Positions 25,590 to 37,282 of a stretch of 64,000 bases of DNA are shown here, piece after piece; positions within the stretch are counted from its first letter, which is position 1, and each line of letters opens with the position of its first letter. Source of the DNA: Camelus dromedarius (Eukaryota); contig NC_087437.1 of the NCBI RefSeq assembly GCF_036321535.1, forward strand, positions 57,104,001 through 57,168,000, given 5' to 3'. The notes beneath the pieces were generated by a model. The model had not been told where the DNA came from and did not search any database. It saw only the letters and a list, made by a program, of their open reading frames with translations. Position numbers and translations under genes: made by a program.

Positions 25590-27211
25590 CCACATCCTAT
25601 GTTGTAGACTGAAAACTCATATGGAGCAAAGACAAGAATAGCCAGAGCAGTCAGAGTCTATGTATAGGAAAGTTTATTACTATAAACCACTGAAGTTTTA
25701 GTGCTGTTTGTTACATAGCAAAGCTGATTGTTATAAACAATCTGGTACCAGAAATAAGTGCTGCCCTAACAAAATACCCCCAAGCTATAGGTTTAGAAAT
25801 GTGTAACAGGTCAGAGATGGGAAGTTTTTCGAGAGTAGAAAAAATGTCAGTATCAGTGGAGGTAAAGATTTGGTATACTTCAAGTACTGAGAACTTGGAA
25901 GGCAAAAAATGTACCTAGTAAATTTGTGGATTTAAAGAAATGGGTTTTGTGATACAAAGTTTTACTGTGGTTTTGGTTTAGTAGCTGCATTAGGTGAGTA
26001 ATACAAGTATTACTATATGTGCTTAGAAAAGAATTGGCCCATTTGTAAGCAGGGATGCAAGGGAAAAAGAATCCAGAAAGTCTCAATCTTGTAAGGCTAA
26101 GATTTACAACTCCTACTCATGCCCAATAGGTAAAAGAACAAAAGAGAAATTATTTAAAGAATCAGACTCAATCTCAAGGCATAAGCCAAATCAAAAATAT
26201 AATCATGATTTCCTTACTTAAGTTATCTCTGTAGGTTAAAACAACACCAGTACATCTTTTTAGTTAGACAAAATGGCTCAGGAAGAAGGGGTTAAAAGTT
26301 TTCTTACAAAGAAGCTTTTGATGTAGAGATACAGTATTTGAAAACTATTGTGGATGTGGATAATAGTGTAAGCAATTGACTGACGTCAAACTTGTGTTAA
26401 GAGAGATTTTGACTGTTCCTGATGTGAAAAAACATTGGTTTTCAAAATATCTGCAGGCATAAAGTAGGCCGAGAAAACTCCTCAGTTTCCAAGGAGGTCA
26501 TGTTCTTCATTGCTTTCTTCAGATTTGGAAGAGCGGGAAAATGAACAAGGAATTGGTAGAGGGAAGAATAAAGATTCATGGAGAATAATAAACTGTGAAG
26601 TCAGTTATAGAAAGTAGAACCTGGGCTCAATCAAGACACATTATCAACCTTCAAGGTAAGAAATTTAATATTTGCCTTATAGAATTAAAGAATTTCTGTA
26701 GCCCAGTGACCTATGGGTACTTTTCTTTCTTTAATTTTTAAAATGAGGTGTGCATTAGTGTTGTGGAGGGGGAGCCAAAAACTTGTCATTTTAGTCACAG
26801 GTCTCTGGACCAAGAGGAGCTATATGTGAATCTGATGTAATTCCTCGTCTTCAAGGCTGAGAGCATGATTGGATGAAATTTTAGGGTACCTTCCTTGTGA
26901 AAATAGATAGAATATTTTTCATGCAGAAATGAGAGAAGTGAATATTTGCAATCAAGAGAGAAGTCTTTGAGAGATTACATTATTTTCACAATCATTAACT
27001 TTTCCTTTTCTGTAAGAGGATTATGCTTGCTCATCAATTGTTCATTGCCAGTGCCTCCTATGGGAGGAGTTCACATCACCATTGTGTTGATAGTGGTTTA
27101 CCTTGTAGCATGCTTTGGCCAATAGATTATGAGCAAACATGATGCAACTACAGATAATCAGAAGCTTTTAGAGGCATCCTAAGTTCTTGCTTTCCCTTTT
27201 GCTGTGTGGTC
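25590..27211 (+). mobile_element. MaLR (MLT1) element retaining its internal region: partial 5' LTR, MLT1-int, and a 3' LTR truncated by the ERV1 insertion
   Basis: The LTR end 'tgtttgttacatagcaaagctgattgttata' is followed by the MaLR internal start 'tggtaccagaaataagtgctgccctaacaaaatacc'. The internal region ends and the 3' LTR starts ('gagattacattatt...ctgtaagaggattatg...tgctttggccaatag') at ~26966. Confidence 0.75.
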
Positions 27212-27574
27212 TGTTGACCTAAAACAAATAAACTGCAAGTTATTTTTTCAGCATAAATGGGTTCATTTTGGATTAACAAATGATTACAATTTGGGGTTGG
27301 CAACCATGGTGAGCCATATGCCAGTCCCACACAAAAATAGATGGAGAACACTTTTAAAGGGGGAGGGGAAAGGAAGTTAGGAGGGCTAGAGTAAATCAAG
27401 AGTCTATGGCTTTTCATTGCCTAAGTTGCCCTTGTCTGTTATTGGCTGAGCTCTTGTCAGGCAAGAGGAAGTCTGTCTCCTTTCTGTTGGGTTCTACTGT
27501 TGAAGGGCGTGAGAGCTCCTCATTCTGGTCTCCTGACTCTATAGATTTGAGGTTTTGGTTTATTAATTTTTATA
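27212..27574 (-). repeat. 3' LTR of the ERV1 provirus (~363 bp)
   Basis: The minus strand runs T(A)TAAAAATTAATAAACC...GGTCAACA and contains a CCAAT box. It is immediately preceded on the minus strand by the polypurine tract. Confidence 0.85.
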
Positions 27575-27590
27575 GTTTCCCCTTTTGATC
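27575..27590 (-). promoter_or_regulatory. Polypurine tract (plus-strand primer) of the ERV
   Basis: Minus strand GATCAAAAGGGGAAAC lies directly 5' of the LTR. Confidence 0.85.
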
Positions 27591-27939
27591 AATATTTTTT
27601 CTGAAAGTATTACTGATCAAGAGTTAGGATTTCTTGTTTCAGGGGCTTTTTGTCCCTCAGTGTCAGAAAGGACCTTTCCTAAGTGTAGTGTCTTCTTGGA
27701 GGGAAAGCACACAGATTAGAAACCTTCTGAGGTCACATTTGAGTAAAGAGGAATAGGAGGAAGAATGCTTAGGAATCTTTCATCTAAAGTCTATAAGTTA
27801 TCAAGATAGTCATTGGAATCATCTGAAGCACTGTGTCATCATCAAAGACAGGCAAACTGCCAATAGGCCTGATCCAGATATATTAGGAAAGCTGTCTCAT
27901 CAGATGTCACCAGCTTTAATTCTGATGAATCTTTACTTT

Positions 27940-30335
27940 TAGATCCCCACATGATGTGCAGATCCAATCAGGGTTCAGTGTGTTCTTTGCAAGTGTCACG
28001 TGAATCCAAGAGTCTGTTCCCTAAATCTGTCAGCACAATGGTTGGTTATCAATACCTGATAAGAGCATGTTTAGCCAGGTTGAAGACAGTCCTTCTGGAG
28101 GTGTCTTTTCTGATAGACAAAGTCTTCAGGTTGCAAGGTGTGATCCTTAAGATCTGCATCTCTTGAGATTACACTGAAAGATTGCTCTACCAAAAGAGTT
28201 TTTTTTTTTTTTATAGAGCTGATTAGGCTTTTCCAATATTGAAGTATCTCTCCTTTTGTCAGTTGTGGGTCAGAAGAGGCAAGAGCCAAGGGTATTGGTA
28301 ATCCCATGACTATCTCAAGGGGTGAGAGTTTATGAGTTCCAAAAGGGGTGGATCTAAGATTTAGAAAGACTGGCAGCAAAGCTTTTGGCTAAGTAGGCCT
28401 CTACAAAATTTCCCAGCAGTCATATTAATGTCATTTGTGCGTTCAACTAAACCAGAGAATTGAGGGTGGTTATCTCACACAAACAGTGAAAGTGTTGTAA
28501 AAATGGATGAATGACACGGACTTGTTGATGCTCCTAACCAGTAAAATGGGTTCCATGATCACTATGATATTCAAGAAGAGTTCCTCAGGTACAGATAATA
28601 TTTTCCAAAAGGATTTTAGCCACAGAGGAGGCAATAGCCTGTCTGCGAGGGAAGGCTTCCACCTAGTGTGAAAATATGCAGACTGTAGTTAAAATATACT
28701 TTTATCCATGAGACAGAGGAAGGTGCATGAAATCCACTTGCCAGACCTCAAATGGTCCATTAAACAGCTTAAAATGTCCAGGAGCAGAATGAACAGGCTT
28801 CCTAGGTTGTACTTTGGACGAATGAGACAAGTGTGGTACACGCTTTTTGCAGCCTGTAAATGTTTAGCACCAATATTGATCCGTGAAGGTGATCATTTTG
28901 TCATAAGACCAATGGTTTAAAGTATGTACAGTGATGAGGAGTGGGAAATTGAGTCTTCAGTAAAACTAGGTTGTTACTTTATCCAAATCAGAGCTTTCAC
29001 TTTTTATCAAACCAACAGTTGTTGAATTCACAATCTTGATTTTCCTTTTCCGAGGCCAATAATGCAGCTTCTCTAGCTAGTTTTTCTAAGTTATGATTTG
29101 GGGAAATACCCTTTTGACCATGTCAGAGTTTTGGCTACTGTTGGTTTCTTTAAGAATAGCATTCCTTGTGGAAATGTGAGCAAAGTGATTTCTCTTAGCT
29201 TCCAGAGTCAAGTTTGGAATGCCCTGGAATTTTAATAATAGCTAAAGCAACGAGTAAAAGTATCGCAAACAGTGATTCCTGAAATAAAGCCATTTAAAAT
29301 TTTATTTCTACCAGAAGTAAGGAAACCATGTTGCCTCCGCAACATTCCAAAGTCATGAGCTACGCTAAAAGGTTATCTGCTATTAATAAATATTGGCAGT
29401 TTTGCCTTTTGCTAACATACAAGTCCATGTGAGAGTATGTAGTTCAGCCTGTTGGGCCAAAGTAGGCATAGGTTAAAGTGAGCCTAAACAACATCAGGAG
29501 GAGCTGTGATAGCATACCCAGCCTAACATTTGCCGTTGTCACCTTTTAAATCAGAACCATCAGTTAACCATAAGAAGTCAGCCAGAGGGGAGAAGAGTAG
29601 CAGGGTTAAGTTCATTACAACATCAAATAATTATGTAAAGAGCAGTTAACAAAAGGATTTCATAGGAGTGGAGGTAGCTGACTGAGAAATTTTGAGTGTG
29701 AATAGAATTCGGAAAGGCCTCTACTACATGAAGTTTAAAATGGTTAAAGGGCATTTTCTCAGTGGTCTTAACCAAAAGGGCAGAGATCATTATGACTCTA
29801 AGGCAATGGGGTTATTCCTGCACCACAAGGTCCAGTTGCTGGCTATAACACCTTATGGGTTAATGATAGTCCCTGTGTTTTTTGGGTGAGTACCCCAAGG
29901 ACACTCCCTGCCTTTTCATATACAAAAAGGAAAGAGGGAATCTGATCATTGGGATCCCTAAGAGTTTGTTAAACTCTCCTTTAAGGCCTTGAAGTCTATG
30001 TAAGCCAGTATATTTGGGTCAGGGTTGTTGCTCTTTAGTATAACACACAGAGGTTTGGCCCTAAGAGAGAAATTTGGAATTTAATTCCAGCAATAACTAA
30101 CTTGCCCTAGAAAAAATCACAGTTGGCACTTAATTTAGGATTTGGGAAATTTAGGACCATGAAGCCTTTCTGGGTCTAGGTGTAGCCCTTTTCTGATACT
30201 GGATGCACTAAATATCAAACCTGGGTTTTAGAAAACTACAATTTTTCTTTGGTGACCTTTTGTCCCTTTAAAGCTAAAAGCTTTAGCTAGTAGATGCTTT
30301 CTTCCAGGAAGGAGGCTTGAGAAGGAGAGGAAAAT
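27940..30335 (-). pseudogene. pol: ERV pol remnant: C-terminal RT/connection, RNase H, integrase
   Basis: Manual minus-strand translation. RT: LKLLALKGQKVTKEKL*F...FFLGQVSYCWN*IPNFS. RNase H: WLTDGS...AGYA...AQQAEL...KGKTANIY...VAHDFG. IN: HTLNH...GPFEVWQVDF...VEAFP...SDHGTHFTG...HPQFSGLVERTN. ORF 28071-28379 (LNLRSTPFGTHKLSPLEIVMG) is part of IN. Confidence 0.92.
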
Positions 30336-31712
30336 ACTGACATTTGTAATAATCTCTGTTTCAGTGTCATGGCCCTTTGAAATAATAGTAGAAACTTCGT
30401 GGGTTTTAGTTTCCTTTATGGACCTTCATTTGCTGGAGTTGAAGATTAAATTTTAGTTGTCTTCCTTTTAGATGACTCATTTAGAGTGAGAGAGAGATGG
30501 CTTGCCAGATTAACTAAGTCTGGATTGGACAGTTTCCCATCCCATTGTGATCCTTTTTACTAAAGGGAAAGTTCCTGTTTCAGCCCATTGATGTACCTTG
30601 GGTTAAAACATACCCAGGTGGAATCAACATCTGAAAGAAGATCAGAATTTTCCTTAAAAATAATCTGAAGTCTGTATTAATAGTCATGAACAGGTTCATC
30701 AGATTTTTGTGTGCAAGCCTGAATTTTGTTCTAATCAAAGGGCTTTGAAAGTACTCTAGGAATTGTCTAATGAAGCCACTTAGCAATTGCCTGAGCTTGG
30801 TCATATAATAAGTTAGCAGGCTGGACTTCCAGTTGTAATTCTTGAGACCTTTCAAGATTTTCCCAATTAGCAATTTTTATCCAGAGCTGGGCCTGGACTT
30901 CACTGACAAGCATTTGAACTAGCTGATACAAGTCAGAGAAACCAGATTCATAAGTTTGAATGACTATGTTAAATCCTTCAGCAAATCTGTGAGGGTCTTC
31001 AATTAGTTTGGGGAATTCTTTGACTGTGGCTCACAGTTCAGCTTTAGCCAGAGAGTATAAGAAATTAAGGGCTTAGCTGTTAGATGCTCAGAAGGCTTAA
31101 TTTTAAAGGAACAGGTTCTGATAAGTTCACAGGAAATGGGGATGGGGAGAGGTTCAGGAAAAAAGGGAGGTTTGGTGAAAGAATTAATATGGGGGAACAG
31201 AGGTTATAGAGGAGGTACAGGTGGCATGGAGTGAAAGGAGAAAAATGGTGCTGGAGGAAGGGCCTGAGCATGAGGAGCTGAGACAAAATGGTGCTAGTAG
31301 TGGAGCCTGAGACAAAGAATCCAGGAAACAAGGGCATGAGGCTTCAGAAGACGTTTTATCTTCCTTTAATTGTTTGTTTGCCTCAGTTAATATTAAAATC
31401 TCACTTTGCAGAGAGGCAGTTTTAGGCTCCTGATAACACTGGAAGTTTCAAAATACCAATCAAAATAGGTGTTCCATTCAGTTTTGGAAATTTTTGAGAG
31501 TAGTGGTTGTCCAGTTTCATTTTGAGAAAAGTAAGTTGAGGGATTTCAGAAGTTCTCCATCATGGCTATAAACGTTTTAAATTGCTTTTGATCAAGTGGG
31601 CCATTTAGGTATAAATGTGCATAAAGAATGACTGCTGTTTTTAAACATAAAATCCTCTCTGGTCTCTAGGTGGGGGGCATGTCCTCAAAATATTTAAATA
31701 ATCAGAATACCA
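30336..31712 (-). pseudogene. gag: ERV gag remnant (MA, Pro-rich region, CA with major homology region, degenerate CCHC knuckle)
   Basis: MA ...ISKTEWNTYFDWY. Pro/Ser-rich segment at 31140-31340. CA KEFPKLIEDPHRFAEGF...SDLYQLVQMLV, with major homology region IQACTQKSDEPVHDY*YRL. NC YYYFKGP*H*NRDY corresponds to a decayed CxxCxxxxHxxxxC. Confidence 0.88.
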
Positions 31713-32029
31713 CTCTCAAAGGTTTTTCCCTGGGATAAAAGAATAATTTTCTGCAGCCAAATTGTCTCAACCAGTTCAAATAGCAGCATAGTGGATTGAG
31801 AAATAATTGTTTGATTTTGTAAAGGTTAGAAAAAAGAGAAAACACTCCCACAACAAAACCACCATTTTCCCCTTACATTTCAATAGAAAGCAAGATATTT
31901 TTGAGACCCACCATCTTCAGGGAATGAAGTTTGTGCTATTTGAAATATATATGCATATATTTATAATTTGTAATGCAATCCAGGACACATACCATGTTAG
32001 AACCTATGTTGGAGCAGAAAATAGAACTA

Positions 32030-32190
32030 TACTTTGCAACCTTATATTCAGTACTGCAAGAACAACCTTTGGCAAATCAGTCTGTCTGGACTTCAGATTC
32101 TTCATCTGTAGGACAGAAATATAGACCCTGTCCAGCAATCCTGGAGGATTTTTTGAAGATCCAAAAAGTTAAGAAGTGTCAAAATATCTT
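32030..32190 (+). mobile_element. MIR relic
   Basis: MIR core-like 'cctttggcaaatcagtctgtctggacttcagattcttcatctgta'. Confidence 0.5.
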
Positions 32191-32959
32191 ATGAGACATA
32201 TAATATGCAGACTTTATTGTATGAAATTGAAAAGATATACTCTTAAACAGCACCAATACTAGGGAGAATTATTCTGTCTTTAAAAATGAGGTAGTTGTTT
32301 GCATTTAACATAGAGAATGTGTTTGTTGCACAGAGTTTCAAATATACAGTTTCCACAAGAAAATCACAGAGGAAAGCATGTAGTTGCACAAATGAAATTC
32401 TGAGGCCCTGTGCATTCATTAGCTCATGCCTTCAGGAGAGAACAATTAAATGTAAACAGGGAAAATCCTGTAGATTTGATCACCTCTAAATATACAGAAA
32501 TTGATATTCACACAAAGATTGCTAAAATTGCATAGTGGTTCTGGAGACCAAACTCCTGATTTTCATCACTTTCTGAATATGACTTCAGCTTTTTGGGAGA
32601 AAAAAATATTAGAAGAGAGGTGAATGCTTTAAATTACACATTTTAAAATCCTTTACCAACAACACTTTATATGCAATTACAATGAAAAGAGAGGCTTTTA
32701 TTTGAACTTTTATTATGTTACGTCGTGTGAGAAATGATTTAAGACATGTAATGAGAAATGAATTCCAATTATGTGTTGAATACTGAGCCAATCTAGGTGT
32801 TTATGGATATTAGCTCATTTAATCTGCCATAAGCTTTTTAAAAGCGTATATAGAAGTTTTGGAGACATATCAGCCTACTGTATATTTTTGGGATGAGAAG
32901 ATAGAAAGAATGGCAATGCTTTTCTCATCAGATAATATTTCTTTAACTGCAAATTATTA

Positions 32960-33545
32960 ATACAACTTATTAAAATGTGTTTATCAAAAGACTGGTATGT
33001 CAGTTGTTCTGCTATATGCTGGAGTGTCTAGAAGATTCGATCTCTTGTCAAGGAAAGTAACCATGCCTCCATGGATTTTCAAATCTCACAATGGATGATG
33101 GATATGGATTTTTAAAAAACCATATAAATGCATATGATTTGAAAAATATAATAAAAGCTATAAAGAAAAATTACAGGGTGCTGTGCAAACATATAATAGA
33201 GTCCTTGGTCCAATGTAGGGATGAATTTGAAAAGACTTTCCCTGAGGTAATGATATGTGAAATGAGGTGTGATGGATGTATAGAAGGTGACTAGGTGAAG
33301 AATGAAAGAAAGAATCAAACTTCTAAGTGGGAAGAATAGCATGTACAGAAAGGTGGAAACATTAAAGAACTTGGTGTCTACTGGAGTGTGAAGAGGGCTG
33401 GGTGTTGCTGGAACTAGGGAGCAAGAGAGAAGGTTGAGATGAGACTGGAGAGTTGGGAAGAGGCTGGCTCTTATGGGGCCTTTAGATGAGGTGGAGAATT
33501 TGGATTATATTCTGTTTCACTCCAAAAGCAATGAGGACAGGTTTA
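32960..33545 (-). mobile_element. L2 relic (antisense)
   Basis: 'aaagactttccctgaggtaatgatatgtgaaatgag', 'gagatgagactggagagttgggaag'. Confidence 0.65.
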
Positions 33546-33977
33546 AAAAACGCTGGAGTTGTTTCAGACAAAAAGAATTATTTATGCAAAGTCCCAGAGA
33601 TGACAAAGATGACCTAGATGTGAAACTGCACAATGCATGAAACTGAGGGTGTTCTTGCTCACTGATTAATTCCAGTTCCTGTCAAAACAATTCTTTGCAC
33701 CTAATGTCTTCTAAACTTTTTTTTGGATTTCTCATATCTTCCTCTCCTAATCTCAGCACACTTATGAATTTATTTTCTTTTGTATTTTGTTGCTGTCTTA
33801 CTAGTGAGTTTCCGAATTCTAAGGTAACTGAAGTCAAGTTCTATTTTGTAATTTTGCTGCATTAAGCCATGAGAACTTTCTTAAACTAATATCACACCTA
33901 AATTTCTTGACTTTCAAATGTATTTTAATATCATATAGGGGAAATCACATGTTAATTTTTTCATTAAAAATTATTGT

Positions 33978-34378
33978 GAGATTATCATACTATTTGAATT
34001 AAGTCAGACATAGAAAGACAAATATCATATGATATCACTTATATGTGGAATCTAAGAAGAAAAAAAGTGATCCAAATGAACTTATTTACAAACAGAAAGA
34101 GACTCACAGACATAGAAAATAAACTTATGGTTACCAAAGGGAAAAGGGTAGGGAGGGATAAATTAGGAGTTTGGAATTGGCAAATATAAAGTATTATATG
34201 TGAAGTAGATAAACAATAAGTTCCTACTGTATAGCACAGGGAACTACATTCAATATTTTGTAATAACCTATAATGAAAAAGAATATGAACAAGAATATGA
34301 ATATGTAAAACTTAATTACTATGCTGTACACCAGAAACTAACACAACAATGTAAATCAACTATACTTCAATAAAAAAG
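33978..34378 (+). mobile_element. 5'-truncated cetartiodactyl-type L1 3' end with TSD
   Basis: 'gactcacagacatagaaaataaacttatggttaccaaaggg...ctgtatagcacagggaacta...tgtaaatcaactatacttcaataaaaaa'. TSD AAATTATTGT at 33968-33977 / 34379-34388. Confidence 0.92.
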
Positions 34379-35611
34379 AAATTATTGTAAAAAGTAATTT
34401 ACAAAATACTAGAGCAGAAAATAAGTTGGAAAATATGTCTATAGTATCTGAACAAAAATTTGAATGAGAGAAATTAAAATAAATAGTTCAAGAAAATAGA
34501 TATAATCACCACATTTAATCCAGCTTCTCCACCTTCTACCTCATTTCAGAGATGAAACTAACTTTTAAAAGTATTGGCTTGTCCTTGATTAGATAGATAA
34601 GTCACTAATAGTAAATGGAGGCTATTAGGACTCGGTTGATTTTTTTTCTCTACATAATTTTGTGCATCTCTTGAAATTAATTTTAAATTTCAGAATCAAT
34701 ATTACCAACTCAGAAAGGATGATTTTGGAATAGTAATATTCAGGCAATAATATCAGGGGAACAAAGAGCTAAATATCTGGCTTGAGCAAAGAGCACCTGA
34801 GTAGTATCATTTCAGTGTCTCTTGGAAAGTCCTGGGTTGGCAGGGGGAGAGGCAGAGAATGTGGGGGGTGAGTTCTCTTTTACCTTTTCAGTTTAAAAGA
34901 AAACAATTTTTGGAGAAAAGTTACACTTTACAAGCTGTAAACAATTATTCACACCTTAAGCAGATAAAGGTGCAAGTTTTATCTGAGAGGTGAAGGAGAA
35001 AGTATTAGGGTAAGTAACATGGGAGAAACTCCCTCAAATGCAGGGAGAAGCTGAAAAATATGAGTCTAAGAGTTCCCGTTTCCTGATTTACCTGTGTTTC
35101 ACTCAGTATTGGAACAAGACATAATTTTTTTTTCAAATAAGCTTTGTAGCTGGTCTATTCGCATATCTTTTTACTCTAGTACTTGTTTCTTTTTCATTCC
35201 CGAGGAGCAGACTGTTACCCTAGCAACCCAAGTGTCAGATATCACATACAAACACCTGCACTCTTCAAGGAGAAGATCACACGTTTGTTGCAGATAATAA
35301 TATGATCAGAAAAAGACGACTTTAGAAGTGTCTTTTTAAGGGACGCATACACTTGCGTGGGTAAAATGAAACAACTGAAAGTTGTAGGTAAGGAAAATTT
35401 AACCTCTATAAGTTAACTGGAGGCTAATTATTACATGTTTACTTGCCAAGTTTTTATTACATATCTTGTTAATATAAATGCATGCTTACATGCACTCATA
35501 TTTCCCAGTTCTTATCTAAAAAGTAGCCTTTTATGTAAATTTTCTCCACCTTTATCTATTCATTTTAATATACCCTAGAGATCATTTACATAGAAGTATG
35601 TAAAGATATTC

Positions 35612-35765
35612 TTCTTTTTTTAAAACACCTTTATTGTGGTATGGTTCTTGTATAGTCAACTACACATACTTCAGATGTACAATGTGATGAATTTTGATGG
35701 ATGTATACACCACGGAAACCACCACCACAATCAAGATAGCTAACATTTACATCACTCCCCAAGAG
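35612..35765 (-). mobile_element. L1MB-like 3' terminal fragment
   Basis: 'ctttattgtggtat...tgtacaatgtgatgaattttgat...accaccacaatcaagatag'. Confidence 0.7.
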
Positions 35766-35769
35766 ATGC

Positions 35770-36465
35770 AATTTTCAAATTCCCAATTTATCCCTTCCCA
35801 CTACCTTTACCCCCTGGTAACCATAAGTTTGTTTTCTATGTCTGTGAGTCTGTTTCTGTTTTGTGGATAAGATAATTTGTGTCCTTTTTTTTTTTTAGAT
35901 TCCACATATAAGTGATATTATATAGTATTCTTCTTTCTCTTTCTGCCTGACTTCACTCAAAATGACAATCTCTAGGTCCATCCTTGTTGCTGCAAATGGC
36001 ATTATTTTATCCTATTTTATGTCTGAGTAGTAGTCTGTAATGTATGTGTGCGTGTGTGTGCGCGTATACCACATCCTCTTTATCCAGTCATCTATCGATG
36101 GACATTTGGGTTGTTCCCATGTCTTGGCTATTGTAAATAGTGCTGCTGTGAACATTGGGGTGCATGTGTCTTTTTGAATTATGTTTTTTCCCAGATATAT
36201 GCCCAGGAGTGGGATTACTGGATCATAAGGTAAGTCTATCTTTAGTTTTTTAAGGAGCCTCCATACTGTCCTCCACAGTAGCTGCACTAATTTACTTTCC
36301 TACCAAAAGTGTAGGAGGGTTCCTTTTTCGCCACTCCCTCTCCAGCATTTATCGTTTGTAGATGTTTTAACAATGGCCATTCTGACTGGTGTAAGGTGAT
36401 ATCTCATTGTAGTTTTGATTTGCATTTCTCTAACAATTGGTGGTGTTGAGCATCTTTTCATGTTC
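35770..36465 (-). mobile_element. Young L1 3' region with ORF2 C-terminus
   Basis: ORFs 36012-36287 ([13 protein letters not shown]...CTPMFTAALFTIAKTWEQPKCPS) and 36300-36491 ([19 protein letters not shown]) match the L1 ORF2 C-terminus. Confidence 0.95.
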
Positions 36466-36935
36466 TTCACTTCTTTGAAGCTGGAATGCATGATATTTCA
36501 AACTGACCTTTTATTTAGAGTCATGGAAAGAAAGTATATCTATCTGTTGTTTGTGCTATATCTATCTTTTCCCTATAAGCCTCTTTTTATAATATATTGC
36601 TTTGTTTAGCAGTTTCTTACGGAAAACGCATAAAAAATAGGATGTGGGGGTCTGTCTTTGAAATCTGTACATTCTTCCCTTTTTTAAAATAAGGAAATTG
36701 CTTTCTACTTCAATCAACAATTACAGTGTACCTACTCTGTTTTGGTCACTTGATTTGGTACTGACTATTCAATAGTGACCGGCATGTTTGCTGTACTCAA
36801 GGTGCTAAAAGCCTAGTATAGAGCAACAGATATGTCCACAGGGGAGACCAATAATGGGTTAAAATTTCTATTAAAGAAGTCTGCTGGCATTTGAGGATGT
36901 TAACAACATACAACCTGAAATGATAAAAAGGGGAT

Positions 36936-37282
36936 TGTTATGGGCTGACTGTGTGACCCCCAAATTCATTAATGCCAATTGTGATAATATTTGGAGGTGG
37001 AGCATTTGGAAAGTAATTAGGTCATGAGGGTGGAACCCTTAAAAATAGGATTAATGCTCTTAGTAAAAGAGACCCACAGAGCTCCTTTCCCCTTTCCTCC
37101 ATGTAAAGATAGAGCTAGAAGACTGTGTGTGCACCAGGACGTAGGCTTGTACTACACACTGACTCAGTGGGCAACTTGATCTTGAACTTTCCAGCCTCCA
37201 GACTGTGAGAAATAAATTTCTGTTCTTGATAAGCTACCCACTCTATGGTAATATTTTATAACAGCCTGAACTGATTAAAACA
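36936..37282 (+). mobile_element. MaLR solo LTR (MLT1A0-like)
   Basis: TGTTATGGGCTGA...'ttgatcttgaactttccagcctccagactgtgagaaataaatttctgtt'...AAAACA, with a perfect 5-bp TSD GGGAT (36931-36935 / 37283-37287). Confidence 0.93.

Larger units (their letters stand above)
27212..31940 (-). mobile_element. Decayed Class I (ERV1) endogenous retrovirus: 3' LTR, PPT, IN, RNase H, partial RT, gag; env-less, 5' LTR absent
   Basis: Gag and Pol motifs in the expected order on the minus strand. The PPT abuts the LTR. Many stops and frameshifts. Confidence 0.93.

Noticed and set aside
28071..31337. ERV-derived ORFs as a possible domesticated gag/pol/env gene
   Set aside because: The true gag and pol frames contain many stops and frameshifts, the listed ORFs are short or out of frame, and no env is present.
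36012..36491. ORFs with convincing protein-like sequence (also 49862-50062)
   Set aside because: These are frameshifted L1 ORF2 C-terminal fragments, not host genes.
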